A stretch of 64,000 nt of DNA from Bacillota bacterium (GCA_012520795.1 JAAYNP010000031.1:30771-94770), one strand, 5' to 3'; shown: positions 41,082 through 50,758, counted from the stretch's first letter. Numbers and translations are program-made. The notes: generated by a model from the sequence alone, not told the origin.

Positions 41082-41550
41082 CCCCTGAGTTTACGGCTTG
41101 ATCGAAGGGACTCCAATGATAGATCTGCTTATGGATTTCAAGCACAATCGAGGTTTCAGTACTATGTACGCCGGGTATTTGCCCAAGCTGTTTGTTCAGC
41201 AGTTGGATCAGGCGCTCACGATCGGGCAGTACAGCCATGGCCACCACATCATAGGAACCGGTAGTGATTACAAGGTAGCGAATATCTTTTATACTCTTAA
41301 GCTCTTTTATTACAGATTCAAGCCGGCGCCTCTCAACCTTAAGCCAAATGAAAGCCACTGTATCCAGGCCAACTTTAAGCGGATCAGTAACGCCGATGAT
41401 TTGTAAGATCTGGTTTTCGTCCAGTTTGCGTACACGCTTGCGAATGGTTCCTTCGGAAACATTGAACTTATTGGCCAGGGCAACATAACTCACCCTGCCG
41501 TCAGCACGCAGATGCTGCAGGATCTTCCGATCCAGATCATCTATCTGCAA
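41059..41550 (-). CDS. Lrp/AsnC family transcriptional regulator (second, tandem paralog)
   Basis: I prefer a TTG start after AAGGAGGG, which gives a product beginning QIDDLDRKILQHLRADGRVSYVALANKFNVSEGTIRKRV. The upstream part of the track ORF lacks Lrp homology. Confidence 0.8.
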   Translation of the reverse strand: MQIDDLDRKILQHLRADGRVSYVALANKFNVSEGTIRKRVRKLDENQILQIIGVTDPLKVGLDTVAFIWLKVERRRLESVIKELKSIKDIRYLVITTGSYDVVAMAVLPDRERLIQLLNKQLGQIPGVHSTETSIVLEIHKQIYHWSPFDQAVNSGGEVGAKS

Positions 41551-41694
41551 ACGTATTCCCTCCTTTATCGCACGGAGTAATCCTGATTTTGCGATTCCTT
41601 TTAATGAATTCCACGAAAATCGTAGTATCCCTGTTGGAAAAAAGCAGGTGACAAGAAAAATTCCGGTGAGTATTGTATAGTGGAGGTGAATAAC

Positions 41695-42057
41695 ATGAAC
41701 GACGATCTTAACCTGTTGGCCAGGTTGATTCATGCTGAGGCTGAAGGCGAGCCTTTTATCGGCAAGGTGGCAGTCGGTGCGGTAATAATGAATCGTCTTA
41801 AGGATCCGCGCTTTCCCAATACTATATCTGAGATCATTTTTCAACCGCAGCAGTTCTCACCAGTAAGTGACGGCAGGTTATTCAGGATCACTAATGCCGA
41901 TCAGGACTGTATTAAAGCAGCTGAAATGGCAATGTCCGGTGCAGATCCCACAGGTGGAGCTCTCTTCTTCTACAATCCGAGTAAAGTCAGCCCGACCAAC
42001 TGGATCCGCACTCGTGAAATAGTCTATCTTATCGGCGATCATCTTTTTTGTATCTAG
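41695..42057 (+). CDS. cell wall hydrolase, SleB/CwlJ catalytic-domain family
   Basis: LARLIHAEAEGEPFIGKVAVGAVIMNRL...PRFPNTISEIIFQPQQF is the Hydrolase_2 signature. I prefer the ATG after GGAGGTG, giving 120 aa with no signal peptide. Confidence 0.7.
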   Translation: MNDDLNLLARLIHAEAEGEPFIGKVAVGAVIMNRLKDPRFPNTISEIIFQPQQFSPVSDGRLFRITNADQDCIKAAEMAMSGADPTGGALFFYNPSKVSPTNWIRTREIVYLIGDHLFCI

Positions 42058-42063
42058 CTAAAG

Positions 42064-42089
42064 AGAAGGACCGAATTAGAGGTCCTTCT
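42064..42089. terminator. perfect 9-bp hairpin between convergent sleB-like and dacF-like genes (bidirectional terminator candidate)
   Basis: AGAAGGACC-gaattaga-GGTCCTTCT. The dacF-like stop codon sits in the 3' arm. The flanking U-tracts are weak. Confidence 0.45.
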
Positions 42090-43240
42090 TATGCAGATCC
42101 AAACAACTTTCTAAACAATAAAACGATCGAATCGATGAGTACTGTAAACCAACTGCCCCGTTCAACCGAGCCCGCGGCCAATAAGGGTGTTTCCTTCGAC
42201 ACTTCCCCATCCAAGTAAACCGTAAGCGTACCGACTTCCTCTCCAGCGGCAATCGGAGCTTGAAGCACATGCTGGGACACCTCAACACTGAGCCTGTCCC
42301 GGTTCCCCCTGACCACGCTTACCCGTGCATCATTCGTGGTCAGATCCACATAGTCACTCCGCCCTTTATAAACCCGGGCTTGCCGTATGGGCAGCAACTG
42401 GTCGACACTCACTGATTCAAAACTGCGAAACCCATAATCCAGGGCTTTAGCCGCCTCCTGTTCACGTTTTGCTTCACTGGCAGCTCCCAGGATAACAACC
42501 ACGAGCCGTCTGCCATCCTTTTGAGCCGTTGCCACCAGATTATACCCTGCTTGGCTCAGATGGCCGGTTTTCAGTCCGTCAGCCCCTTCATAACTCCGCA
42601 GCAAACCATTGCGGTTCCCCTGCACAATTGGATTCCTGCTGGAACGGGGTTGGTAGGCGAAAGAAAGCTGGCTGTGGTACTGCAAAGCCTGAGGATGTGC
42701 CGACAAATAATACTTGACCAGTTTTGCAAAATCAATGGCGGTGATCCGGTTTTCATCAGATAACCCGTGTACATCAACAAAATGGAGATTGAGGCCCAGC
42801 TCTCCAGCTTTGTTATTCATCCACTGGACAAACAATTCCTCAGTCCCGGCCAAGGCTTCAGCAATGGCTACGCACGCATCATTACCGGAGACAACCGCTG
42901 TGCCGCGAATTAGATCTTCAAATGTGACCTTGTCACCGACTTCCAAAAACATCTGGGAGCCACCAATTTGCCATGCCCGTTCGCTCACTGTCACTTCGCT
43001 GTTAAGATCAATCTTTTCAGCTGCAATCCGATCAAAAGCTACGAACAACGTCATTACCTTCACCAGGCTGGCAGGAATCCAAGGTGTATCCGCTGCTTGG
43101 GCAAACAGAACTTGATCCGAATCAAAGTCATATAAAAGCCCGACTTGAGCATCAACCGCAAAATTCTGTGCAAACGCTGGGCTGATCCAGCCTGCAATCA
43201 AAACTACTGCAATCACTAGTGAGACTAATCTGGATTTCAT
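42089..43240 (-). CDS. D-alanyl-D-alanine carboxypeptidase (PBP5/DacB/DacF family)
   Basis: Signal peptide, then SLVKVMT (SxxK), SGN and KTG motifs. I prefer the start at MKSRLVSLVIAVV. Confidence 0.85.
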   Translation of the reverse strand: MKSRLVSLVIAVVLIAGWISPAFAQNFAVDAQVGLLYDFDSDQVLFAQAADTPWIPASLVKVMTLFVAFDRIAAEKIDLNSEVTVSERAWQIGGSQMFLEVGDKVTFEDLIRGTAVVSGNDACVAIAEALAGTEELFVQWMNNKAGELGLNLHFVDVHGLSDENRITAIDFAKLVKYYLSAHPQALQYHSQLSFAYQPRSSRNPIVQGNRNGLLRSYEGADGLKTGHLSQAGYNLVATAQKDGRRLVVVILGAASEAKREQEAAKALDYGFRSFESVSVDQLLPIRQARVYKGRSDYVDLTTNDARVSVVRGNRDRLSVEVSQHVLQAPIAAGEEVGTLTVYLDGEVSKETPLLAAGSVERGSWFTVLIDSIVLLFRKLFGSA

Positions 43241-43572
43241 GAAAATGCTCCCTTCACCCAATAGATTTCTGTTTCCAAAATGCCTAGCACGTCAAAGCGG
43301 CATACTGGTTCGTAACCTAACTGAGCTATGTATCGCTGCGCCATCTGCTTGATTTTCCTCTGTTTATGCCAATTTACAGCTTCCAAAGGATTCCCGTATC
43401 GATCAGTACTGCGGTATTTGACCTCCACAAAGACCAAGACATCTTGGTCCTGCATAATTAAATCAATTTCCCCGTATTCAGTATGGAAGTTTTGCGCCTT
43501 TGTGATTAAACCTTGCTCTTCCAAATAAACACGGGCAATTTCTTCACCAAGACAACCTTTGGATTTCTTCAC
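43237..43572 (-). CDS. yraN: YraN family (UPF0102) endonuclease
   Basis: 111 aa; ...GEIDLIMQDQDVLVFVEVKYR... PD-(D/E)xK motif. It is next to rnhB, as is common. Confidence 0.8.
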   Translation of the reverse strand: MKKSKGCLGEEIARVYLEEQGLITKAQNFHTEYGEIDLIMQDQDVLVFVEVKYRSTDRYGNPLEAVNWHKQRKIKQMAQRYIAQLGYEPVCRFDVLGILETEIYWVKGAFS

Positions 43573-44630
43573 GGCAGGCTCCTGATAATTCTCAAAGAGT
43601 GTTCATTCATCAAGTTCACTTCCCGGGGCAATTGATACTTGCTACCATCAGCCCGGAAAAGCAGGCGTACAACAGGACGTTCGCGCTCCGCGGCATTGAC
43701 ATCAACCACGACGCCGATCTCAGCATTGCTGAGCAGGACCCGGGCCCCTATGGGGTAGGGCGCTACTGAACTAATCAAAAGATCAGCCACTGCGGCGTTA
43801 AACTGTATTTCCCGCAATTGCCTGATCACACGTAGGGCCTGAAAAGGCATCATTCCTTGGCGGTAGACTCTGGCAGAAGTCATTGCATCATAAGCGTCGG
43901 CCACGGCAACAATCTTGGCAAACAAGTATATCTGTTCGTCCAGTAGCTCTCGGGGATATCCCTTTCCATTAGGTTGTTCGTGGTGTTGATAGGCGATATG
44001 GGCGCTTAATAGAGGGATGCCATGATTGTTCCTTAATATGTTCCAACCATTGACCGTGTGCTTTTTGACCAAATCGAATTCATTCTGGGTCAGAGGCCCC
44101 TGTTTCTGCAATATTTGCGTTGGAATGCAGATTTTGCCTATATCATGCAGAATGGAGCCAATGGCAAGTTCCCGTAATTCCAGCTCATTAAGGCTGCATT
44201 TAATCCCGATAATAATGGATAAAATGCAGACATTAACACAGTGGGCAAATATTGTTCCGTCGAATGTGCGAATGTCAGTCAAGTTGATCAGGACATTGGG
44301 ATTGGCAGTGACTTCATCGATGATGGCAGTTACACTATCAGTGAGGTACCCCATATCAAAAGTCTTCCCCAGTTCGATTGATTCAAACACGTTCCTGACG
44401 TGGCCAATCACATTTTGACGGGTCCTTTGAGTAACGACTTCTGGAATTTCCACTTCTTCATCGTGATCCGTTAAGATAAAGGCACCTGGGACACCGTTGC
44501 TGTACAAGCGTGCGATATAGCTCTCATTGAGGATAACACCACTGTTGAGCAACACTTGGCCATCCTCACCGTAAATCGGACGAGCCACACACATACCAGG
44601 CTGCAGTTCCTTGTTCGACACATATTTCAT
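43569..44630 (-). CDS. HD-GYP domain phosphodiesterase (c-di-GMP)
   Basis: HDIGK metal-binding motif and NGKGYP (GYP) motif; 353 aa. Confidence 0.8.
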   Translation of the reverse strand: MKYVSNKELQPGMCVARPIYGEDGQVLLNSGVILNESYIARLYSNGVPGAFILTDHDEEVEIPEVVTQRTRQNVIGHVRNVFESIELGKTFDMGYLTDSVTAIIDEVTANPNVLINLTDIRTFDGTIFAHCVNVCILSIIIGIKCSLNELELRELAIGSILHDIGKICIPTQILQKQGPLTQNEFDLVKKHTVNGWNILRNNHGIPLLSAHIAYQHHEQPNGKGYPRELLDEQIYLFAKIVAVADAYDAMTSARVYRQGMMPFQALRVIRQLREIQFNAAVADLLISSVAPYPIGARVLLSNAEIGVVVDVNAAERERPVVRLLFRADGSKYQLPREVNLMNEHSLRIIRSLP

Positions 44631-45235
44631 GAAATCAGGCCTCCCTTGACTCGGGCAAAGGAATGTCTATGGATTGGAGACGGTCCGTATCGACCTAAGG
44701 CTTCGATATGGCTTTTTGTAGGATAGCCTTTGTGCTTGGCAAATCCATACTGGGGGTAATAACGATCGTAGTGTTCCATCAACGAGTCCCGGTAAACTTT
44801 GGCAATGATGCTGGCGGCTGCGACCAAATAACAGCTTGCGTCTGCCTTGACAACTTCTGACTGCGCAATATCCAGATGGGGTATGGGCTGGTTGCCATCA
44901 ACAATACAATAATCAATCTTGATCTGCTTGGCCAACTCCGTTACTGCCCGGCGCATTGCCAGAAAGGTAGCTTGCAGGATGTTAAGCTTGTCGATCTCGC
45001 CGGAGGTTGCTGTACCAATGCCAACGGTGCCAACCTCCAAAATCTCCTGGTATAATCTAGTCCGCTGCCTGGCGCTTAATCGCTTCGAATCTTTGATCTC
45101 AGTTATTTGAGCTCCTGTTGGCATAACTACAGCCGCTGCAACAACCGGGCCCGCCAATGGCCCCCTCCCCGCCTCATCTACTCCAGCGATCCGATGGAAG
45201 CCCTTACTCAATAGTTCTCTTTCAAGATCCCTCAT
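44627..45235 (-). CDS. rnhB: ribonuclease HII
   Basis: AGVDEAGRGPLAGPVV catalytic motif; 202 aa. Confidence 0.95.
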   Translation of the reverse strand: MRDLERELLSKGFHRIAGVDEAGRGPLAGPVVAAAVVMPTGAQITEIKDSKRLSARQRTRLYQEILEVGTVGIGTATSGEIDKLNILQATFLAMRRAVTELAKQIKIDYCIVDGNQPIPHLDIAQSEVVKADASCYLVAAASIIAKVYRDSLMEHYDRYYPQYGFAKHKGYPTKSHIEALGRYGPSPIHRHSFARVKGGLIS

Positions 45236-46061
45236 TCAGGTCATTCCTTTGTGGTAATTCAAGTGTGATTGGTCCGATCAAGCCCTGACGAAAATCCTTG
45301 AGGATCAATCGTGCAGTCTGCAATCGGTTAATCTCGCCTCCACTCAACAAACAACCACGCTGGACACCAATTACAGAAAACACCTGATCAATGTCTGCGG
45401 CCGGATCCTCTAAATTGTATCGTCTCTCGAGCAGGTGCGGATATTCTTTCTGCAAAAACCTCAACAGCCAATATGTAATCTCTTCAGAGTCGAAAACTTC
45501 TTCCTTAATGGCTGCTACAGCAGCGAGTCTTCTTGCAGTTTCTTGGTCCTCAAGTTTAGGCCGTAACAGGCCTGGAGTATCTAACAGCTTAAACCCCCTT
45601 GCGCTGATCCACTGCTTGCCTTTAGTCACACCCGGCTTTGCTCCCACTTTGGCGCAGCTTCGGCCTGCTAAACGGTTGATCAACGTAGACTTGCCAACGT
45701 TAGGTATTCCCACTACCAAGACTCGTGGTTCACGTTTCTGTCTTGTCAGATATTTTCTTATTTCTTTGCGCAAAACATAAATTCCTTTTCCATTTAGCAG
45801 TTCAAGCAAAACTACATCTTCCTGCTGCAATTCCCAATACTGAAGCCAAACCTGTGTACGGGCTGGATCAGCAAGATCACATTTTGTCACGGCCAAAATT
45901 CGAGGTTTGCGGTAAATTTCGAGAATGTCCGGATTACGGGCACTGTGGGGGACACGGGCATCGGTTACCTCTATGACGACGTCAATCTGTTTCATAAGTT
46001 CCTGAATCTGGCGTTTCGCCTTGGCCATGTGCCCGGGATACCATTGAATGTTCATGAACAA
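45222..46061 (-). CDS. rbgA: ribosome biogenesis GTPase A (YlqF/RbgA)
   Basis: Circularly permuted GTPase (...AVTKCDLAD... then GIPNVGKSTLINRL). Confidence 0.9.
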   Translation of the reverse strand: MFMNIQWYPGHMAKAKRQIQELMKQIDVVIEVTDARVPHSARNPDILEIYRKPRILAVTKCDLADPARTQVWLQYWELQQEDVVLLELLNGKGIYVLRKEIRKYLTRQKREPRVLVVGIPNVGKSTLINRLAGRSCAKVGAKPGVTKGKQWISARGFKLLDTPGLLRPKLEDQETARRLAAVAAIKEEVFDSEEITYWLLRFLQKEYPHLLERRYNLEDPAADIDQVFSVIGVQRGCLLSGGEINRLQTARLILKDFRQGLIGPITLELPQRNDLNEGS

Positions 46062-46070
46062 CCTCCGTTT

Positions 46071-46643
46071 TCACCTTTCGTGTTTCAGCGAATCAGGTAC
46101 GCTGATTATTCCAATCGCATTCAAAGGCCAATACGCAAAAACCGCTCTCCCCACCAAGTGATTCCTGGGCACAAATCCGACATCAGGGTACCGGCTGTCA
46201 TCACTGTTAAGCCTGTTGTCACCCAACACGAAATAGCTGTCGGGAGGAACTATTATGGGGCCGTAATTGCGGGTAAACGCCCCGTGGGTGGGCCCGTTAA
46301 TGTAGTTTTCGACCAACGCCCGTCCATTGCGGTAGACGATGCCGCCTTCGATGAGGATTTCATCACCCGGAATGCCGATCACCCTTTTTATAAACATCCG
46401 GTTCACATCAGTAGGATAGCGAAAAACAACAACATCGCCAACCTTTGGACTGCTAAAGCGGTATGATAGTTTATCTACAATCAGCCGCTGCCCATCATGG
46501 AGTGTCGGCTCCATTGATGAACCTTCCACACGAAATGACTGAGCGATGAACGTAATTATGAATAAAGCCAAAAGGACTGCAATCACAAAAGCTTCCACAT
46601 ATTCCCGAATCTCAGCTCTTGTCATCATCGCACCCCATCTCAA
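46071..46643 (-). CDS. lepB: signal peptidase I
   Basis: SSMEPTL (Ser nucleophile) and GDNRLNSDDSR motifs. TTG start per track. Confidence 0.9.
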   Translation of the reverse strand: MRWGAMMTRAEIREYVEAFVIAVLLALFIITFIAQSFRVEGSSMEPTLHDGQRLIVDKLSYRFSSPKVGDVVVFRYPTDVNRMFIKRVIGIPGDEILIEGGIVYRNGRALVENYINGPTHGAFTRNYGPIIVPPDSYFVLGDNRLNSDDSRYPDVGFVPRNHLVGRAVFAYWPLNAIGIISVPDSLKHER

Positions 46644-46659
46644 AAGTATCGCTTAATTC

Positions 46660-46692
46660 AAAAAAGGATAGGGAGTGTTTGGACTCACTCCC
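46660..46692 (-). terminator. rho-independent terminator after rplS (approx)
   Basis: On the minus strand GGGAGTG-agtccaaa-CACTCCC is followed by tatccTTTTTT, just after the rplS stop. Confidence 0.55.
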
Positions 46693-46699
46693 CAACATC

Positions 46700-47047
46700 C
46701 TAGGAAAAACTCCGTTCTTTGATCCGGGCGGCTTTACCAGAGCGTTCCCGCAGATAATACAAGCGGGCGCGGCGTACTCTGCCGCGGCGGATTACCTCTA
46801 TTCTGGCGACCCGCGGCGAGTGGAGTGGAAAAGTCCTTTCCACGCCAACACCCTGAGTCACTTTTCTTACAGTAAACATCTCGTTGATCCCTGATCCCAT
46901 CCGGCGCAGCACCACGCCTTCGAAGACTTGAATCCGTTCATTTGGTCCCTCAACAACCTTGGCATGGACTCGAACTGTGTCTCCCGGCCGAAAATCCGGA
47001 AGCTCCTGCTTCAGCTGTTCTTTTTCAAGTGTTTCTATCAGATTCAC
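46700..47047 (-). CDS. rplS: 50S ribosomal protein L19
   Basis: 115 aa, L19 sequence; trmD-rplS synteny. Confidence 0.95.
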   Translation of the reverse strand: MNLIETLEKEQLKQELPDFRPGDTVRVHAKVVEGPNERIQVFEGVVLRRMGSGINEMFTVRKVTQGVGVERTFPLHSPRVARIEVIRRGRVRRARLYYLRERSGKAARIKERSFS

Positions 47048-47052
47048 ATCGA

Positions 47053-47796
47053 TTACCTCCTTTCATCGCATTCCTCAAGCATTACCTCTTGCAGCAGATG
47101 CTGCTCTTCTTCAGTAAGCGGCCGTTTCTTCAGCAAATCGGGGCGCCTGGTCAAAGTTATGCGCAATGCTTCCTTGAGACGCCATTTCCGGATTAACTCA
47201 TGGTTCCCACTTAACAAGACCTGGGGTACCTTTCGGCCCCTATACTGAGATGGCCGGGTATATTGGGGATACTCTAACAACCCATTGACAAATGAATCCT
47301 CACAGGCGGAGGCTTGATCACCCAATACCCCGGGTATCAAACGGGCGATGGCATCAACAACTACCATAGCCGGGAGTTCACCACCGGTGAGGACGTAATC
47401 TCCAATCGAGATTTCATCATCAACCCAACCATCGCGAATGCGCTGATCAATACCCTCGTAATGTCCGCATAGCAATACCAGGCTCTGCTCCTTGGCAAGG
47501 CTTTCTGCTTTGGCTTGATCAAATACTGTACCTTGGGGTGTCAGATAGATCACTTTTCCAGGGTTGAACTCTTTGACATGCTCAATACAGGCCACAGCCA
47601 CATCCGGTTTCATTACCATTCCGGGGCCACCGCCATAGGGTATATCATCAACGCTGCGGTGCTTATCCTCGGCGAAGCCGCGAATGTTCCAAACATGGAT
47701 TGAGAGCAAATTGTTCGCCTGTGCTCTTCCGAGAATGCTGCTGTCCAAAACTTCGCCAAACATTCCCGGAAACAGAGTCAAGATATCTATTCGCAT
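47053..47796 (-). CDS. trmD: tRNA (guanine37-N1)-methyltransferase
   Basis: [13 protein letters not shown]... is the TrmD N-terminus, so I prefer the internal Met start. Confidence 0.95.
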   Translation of the reverse strand: MRIDILTLFPGMFGEVLDSSILGRAQANNLLSIHVWNIRGFAEDKHRSVDDIPYGGGPGMVMKPDVAVACIEHVKEFNPGKVIYLTPQGTVFDQAKAESLAKEQSLVLLCGHYEGIDQRIRDGWVDDEISIGDYVLTGGELPAMVVVDAIARLIPGVLGDQASACEDSFVNGLLEYPQYTRPSQYRGRKVPQVLLSGNHELIRKWRLKEALRITLTRRPDLLKKRPLTEEEQHLLQEVMLEECDERR

Positions 47797-47807
47797 GATT
47801 TCAATCC

Positions 47808-48341
47808 TCAATCGATTAATCCCTCAAGCAGATTTACTGATACAGTTTGTGTATCCAGATTGATATCCAGCACTACAGAATCAATTACAGGAATCAGAAT
47901 CTGACGCTGCCTGGTAATACCGGGATTTGGATTGACCACATAGACATCATTGGCGCCTGTTTGAATCACATCAGCGATAACACCCAAATCCAAGCCGTCT
48001 GTTGTAACCACTCTCAACCCAATCAATTCGAAAATATAATGGCGCCCTGGAGGCAGCGGCACTACATCGCGGTAATCCACTTTGATCCGCATTCCCTTAA
48101 GAGTTTCCGCCTGCTCAATAGTGTCAATGCCTTGCAGCTTAAGCAAGACAAACCCCTTGTGCAAACGGCACTCTTCAATTTTTATCTGCAAACAGGGTTC
48201 TGAATCCGCCTTGCGGAAAAGCAGTACATGATCCATGCCCAAGAACCGGTCGGGAAACTCTGTCTGCGGGATTGCCCGTACCTCGCCTTTGCTGCCGTGC
48301 GCAGCAACAACTTCACCGATGAGGACCCATCGCACTTTCAT
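47808..48341 (-). CDS. rimM: 16S rRNA processing protein RimM
   Basis: 177 aa with an N-terminal beta-barrel and a C-terminal PRC barrel; rimM-trmD synteny. Confidence 0.9.
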   Translation of the reverse strand: MKVRWVLIGEVVAAHGSKGEVRAIPQTEFPDRFLGMDHVLLFRKADSEPCLQIKIEECRLHKGFVLLKLQGIDTIEQAETLKGMRIKVDYRDVVPLPPGRHYIFELIGLRVVTTDGLDLGVIADVIQTGANDVYVVNPNPGITRQRQILIPVIDSVVLDINLDTQTVSVNLLEGLID

Positions 48342-48571
48342 TATTCTACAACATCAACCCGGATCCTGATTCCTTCCTTAACAGCTGCAGCCTTCGCAAC
48401 AGTACGGATCGCTTTGATGATCCTGCCCTGTTTGCCGATTACTCTACCAATATCACTATCTGCAGTTTGGATTTGATAAATTGTTTCACCATCAGACTCG
48501 ACAGCAGAGACTGTTACTTCATCTGCATTTTCCACCAGAGACTTAGTCATGAATTCTAGTAATTCCTTCAA
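48341..48571 (-). CDS. ylqC: KH-domain RNA-binding protein YlqC (UPF0109)
   Basis: ...IGRVIGKQGRIIKAIRTV... KH motif. I prefer the TTG start after AGGAGG (product LKELLEFMTKSL...). The track's upstream Met extension translates a tandem DNA repeat. Confidence 0.8.
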   Translation of the reverse strand: MKELLEFMTKSLVENADEVTVSAVESDGETIYQIQTADSDIGRVIGKQGRIIKAIRTVAKAAAVKEGIRIRVDVVE

Positions 48572-48593
48572 AGTATTGCCTCCTATCCTAAAT

Positions 48594-48619
48594 GTTAATA
48601 GTGTTAATAGTGTTAACAG
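48594..48619. repeat. short tandem repeat, about 2.9 copies of a 9-mer (GTTAATAGT) in the rpsP-ylqC spacer (approx)
   Basis: gttaatagt gttaatagt gttaacag is read directly from the sequence. Confidence 0.4.
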
Positions 48620-48630
48620 CTTCAATCAGC

Positions 48631-48879
48631 CTAATCCAGTACACCGCTTTTTTTCAAAAGGGCTCTGGCTGTGTCAGAAGGTTGAGCGCCCTTTTTCAGC
48701 CAGCTCAGCGCTTTTTCCTTATCAATTTCTATTTGGGCGGGATCGGTAATGGGATTGTAGTATCCCAGGGTATCGATGAACCTGCCGTCCCGTGCTGCCC
48801 TAGCGTCAGCCACAACCAATCTGTAAAACGGACGTTTCTTTGCCCCCATCCTTTTTAGCCTGATTCTAACTGCCATCAT
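48631..48879 (-). CDS. rpsP: 30S ribosomal protein S16
   Basis: 82 aa; [35 protein letters not shown] is the S16 signature. Confidence 0.95.
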   Translation of the reverse strand: MMAVRIRLKRMGAKKRPFYRLVVADARAARDGRFIDTLGYYNPITDPAQIEIDKEKALSWLKKGAQPSDTARALLKKSGVLD

Positions 48880-48929
48880 GTCACCTCCTCTACTTGCCCC
48901 ATCATCTATATCACTCTTGCCTGAGAGAG

Positions 48930-50270
48930 TTAGCGAAACAGATTGAATCCGCCCTTGCCTTTTCTCCCTCTTTTTTCCATTTCGGAAAACTGCTTCATCA
49001 TCTGCCGCGTCTGGTTGAACTGCTTAAGCAAACGATTTACTTCCTGCACTCTGGTACCTGAACCCGCCGCTATCCTGCGCTTGCGCGAACCACCGATGAT
49101 GTCAGGATTGCGCCTTTCTTCGACAGTCATGGAACTTATAATTGCTTCAATCCGCTTTAGGTGGCTGTCATCCACTGCCAGGTCGCGCATCTGGTTTGAT
49201 CTGCCCATTCCCGGGATCATTCCCAACAGTTGGTCCAATGGCCCCATCTTTTTAATCTGCGCCAACTGTTCCCGGAAATCCTCCAAGGTAAATGCATCTC
49301 TCCGCATTTTTTCCGTTAGTTCTTTGGCTCTCTGCTCACTAAATGTGGCCTCAGCTTTTTCGATCAGGCTCAAGACATCGCCCATCCCCAAAATGCGTGA
49401 CGCCATCCGGTCCGGGTGAAACACCTCCAACCCGTCCATTTTCTCACTCATGGCGGCAAACTTGATCGGCTTGCCGGTTACTGCCTTAATGGATAAGGCT
49501 GCGCCGCCACGGGCGTCTCCATCGAGTTTGGTGAGAATCACACCATCGATGCCAAGCTGCTGATCAAAGCCGGCCGCAACGTTAACTGCTTCCTGCCCTG
49601 TCATGGAATCGACAACCAGCAGAATTTCATGAGGATTTACACTGTTTTTGATCTCTTCCAGCTCATGCATCAGTTCTGGATCAATGTGCAGCCGTCCCGC
49701 AGTATCGATGATCAGAATGTCATTGCCGTGAACACTGCCATGTGCAACTGCGGCTTTGGCAATGTCCACCGGTTTGTTCTCCCCCATGCTGAATACCGGT
49801 ACATTCACTTGCTCGCCAACTACCATCAATTGCTTAATCGCCGCAGGGCGGTAAATATCAGCTGCTGCCAATAATGGGCGGTGTCCCTTGTTCTTAAAAT
49901 GCAGCGCCAGCTTGCCGCTGGTTGTCGTCTTGCCTGACCCCTGCAATCCCACCATCATGATCACTGTGGGAGGCTTTGACGCCAGGCTGATTCTGCTTTG
50001 GGCCCCACCCATCAAGCTGGTCAGCTCTTCATTGACGATCTTAACCACCTGCTGCCCTGGGGAGAGGCTCGCCAAGACCTGATGACCTACTGCCCGTTCC
50101 TTTATTTTGGCAATAAAGTCCTTCACAACCAGATAATTGACGTCCGCTTCCAATAAAGCCAGCCTAACTTCTCGCAGGGCCTCATCAACATCCTTTTCAG
50201 TCAGTTTGCCCCTTGCCCTGAGCTTGCGGAATGTTTCCTGCAGGCGGCTGGATAAGGTTGAAAAAGGCAT
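48930..50270 (-). CDS. ffh: signal recognition particle protein Ffh
   Basis: 446 aa; NG domain with [10 protein letters not shown] and a Met-rich C-terminal M domain. Confidence 0.95.
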   Translation of the reverse strand: MPFSTLSSRLQETFRKLRARGKLTEKDVDEALREVRLALLEADVNYLVVKDFIAKIKERAVGHQVLASLSPGQQVVKIVNEELTSLMGGAQSRISLASKPPTVIMMVGLQGSGKTTTSGKLALHFKNKGHRPLLAAADIYRPAAIKQLMVVGEQVNVPVFSMGENKPVDIAKAAVAHGSVHGNDILIIDTAGRLHIDPELMHELEEIKNSVNPHEILLVVDSMTGQEAVNVAAGFDQQLGIDGVILTKLDGDARGGAALSIKAVTGKPIKFAAMSEKMDGLEVFHPDRMASRILGMGDVLSLIEKAEATFSEQRAKELTEKMRRDAFTLEDFREQLAQIKKMGPLDQLLGMIPGMGRSNQMRDLAVDDSHLKRIEAIISSMTVEERRNPDIIGGSRKRRIAAGSGTRVQEVNRLLKQFNQTRQMMKQFSEMEKRGRKGKGGFNLFR

Positions 50271-50281
50271 TGTATCGCCTC

Positions 50282-50647
50282 CTAGACTTCAGAACGAATT
50301 TGGTGAATCAACTGTTCAATCTCTTCGAGGACTAGAATCAATGCAGTTGTATCTCGGGCAGCAATCAACCTGCGTGAATCTGCGACACGAGTTTCCATTT
50401 CAGCCAGGAGTTTATGCCCAGTGAGGTGCTTGCTGATTAAGCCTAATTTCTGCTCGTACTCCTCCAGAACAACAGCAGCCCGTTTCACGATATCCCAGAC
50501 CGCTTGGCGCGAAATCCGCAATTGCTCGGCAATTTCACCCAGGCTCAAATCCTGGCCATAGTACATTTCGTAAATATCCCGCTGCCTGGCGGTCAACAAC
50601 GGGCCGTAAAAATCGTACATTAAGGCTTTCCGCACTGCATCTTCCAT
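50282..50647 (-). CDS. ylxM: UPF0122 HTH protein YlxM
   Basis: 121 aa; it precedes ffh as in B. subtilis and has a sigma-region-4-like HTH (LSLGEIAEQLRISRQAVWD). Confidence 0.85.
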   Translation of the reverse strand: MEDAVRKALMYDFYGPLLTARQRDIYEMYYGQDLSLGEIAEQLRISRQAVWDIVKRAAVVLEEYEQKLGLISKHLTGHKLLAEMETRVADSRRLIAARDTTALILVLEEIEQLIHQIRSEV

Positions 50648-50685
50648 AATAATACCCCTGTTAAGTATATTAACTTTACAGAGGT

Positions 50686-50714
50686 AGTATACACGATTAT
50701 GCCATTGCTGTCAA
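50686..50714 (-). promoter_or_regulatory. near-consensus sigma-A promoter for ylxM-ffh-rpsP... operon (approx)
   Basis: Minus strand TTGACA-17nt-TATACT lies about 35 nt upstream of the ylxM ATG. Confidence 0.5.
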
Positions 50715-50758
50715 GCGTTTTTCCTTGCCAACCAACGCTGTGACAAGCCTGATGTTTC

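Noticed and set aside
41551-41844. Upstream 98-aa extension of the second Lrp ORF
   Set aside because: There is no Lrp homology. A strong RBS plus TTG start sits at the beginning of the homologous region. The extension probably translates promoter DNA.
48594-48619. CRISPR-like array
   Set aside because: It has only about 3 copies of a 9-bp unit with no spacers. It is far too short and lacks cas genes. I treat it as a simple tandem repeat.
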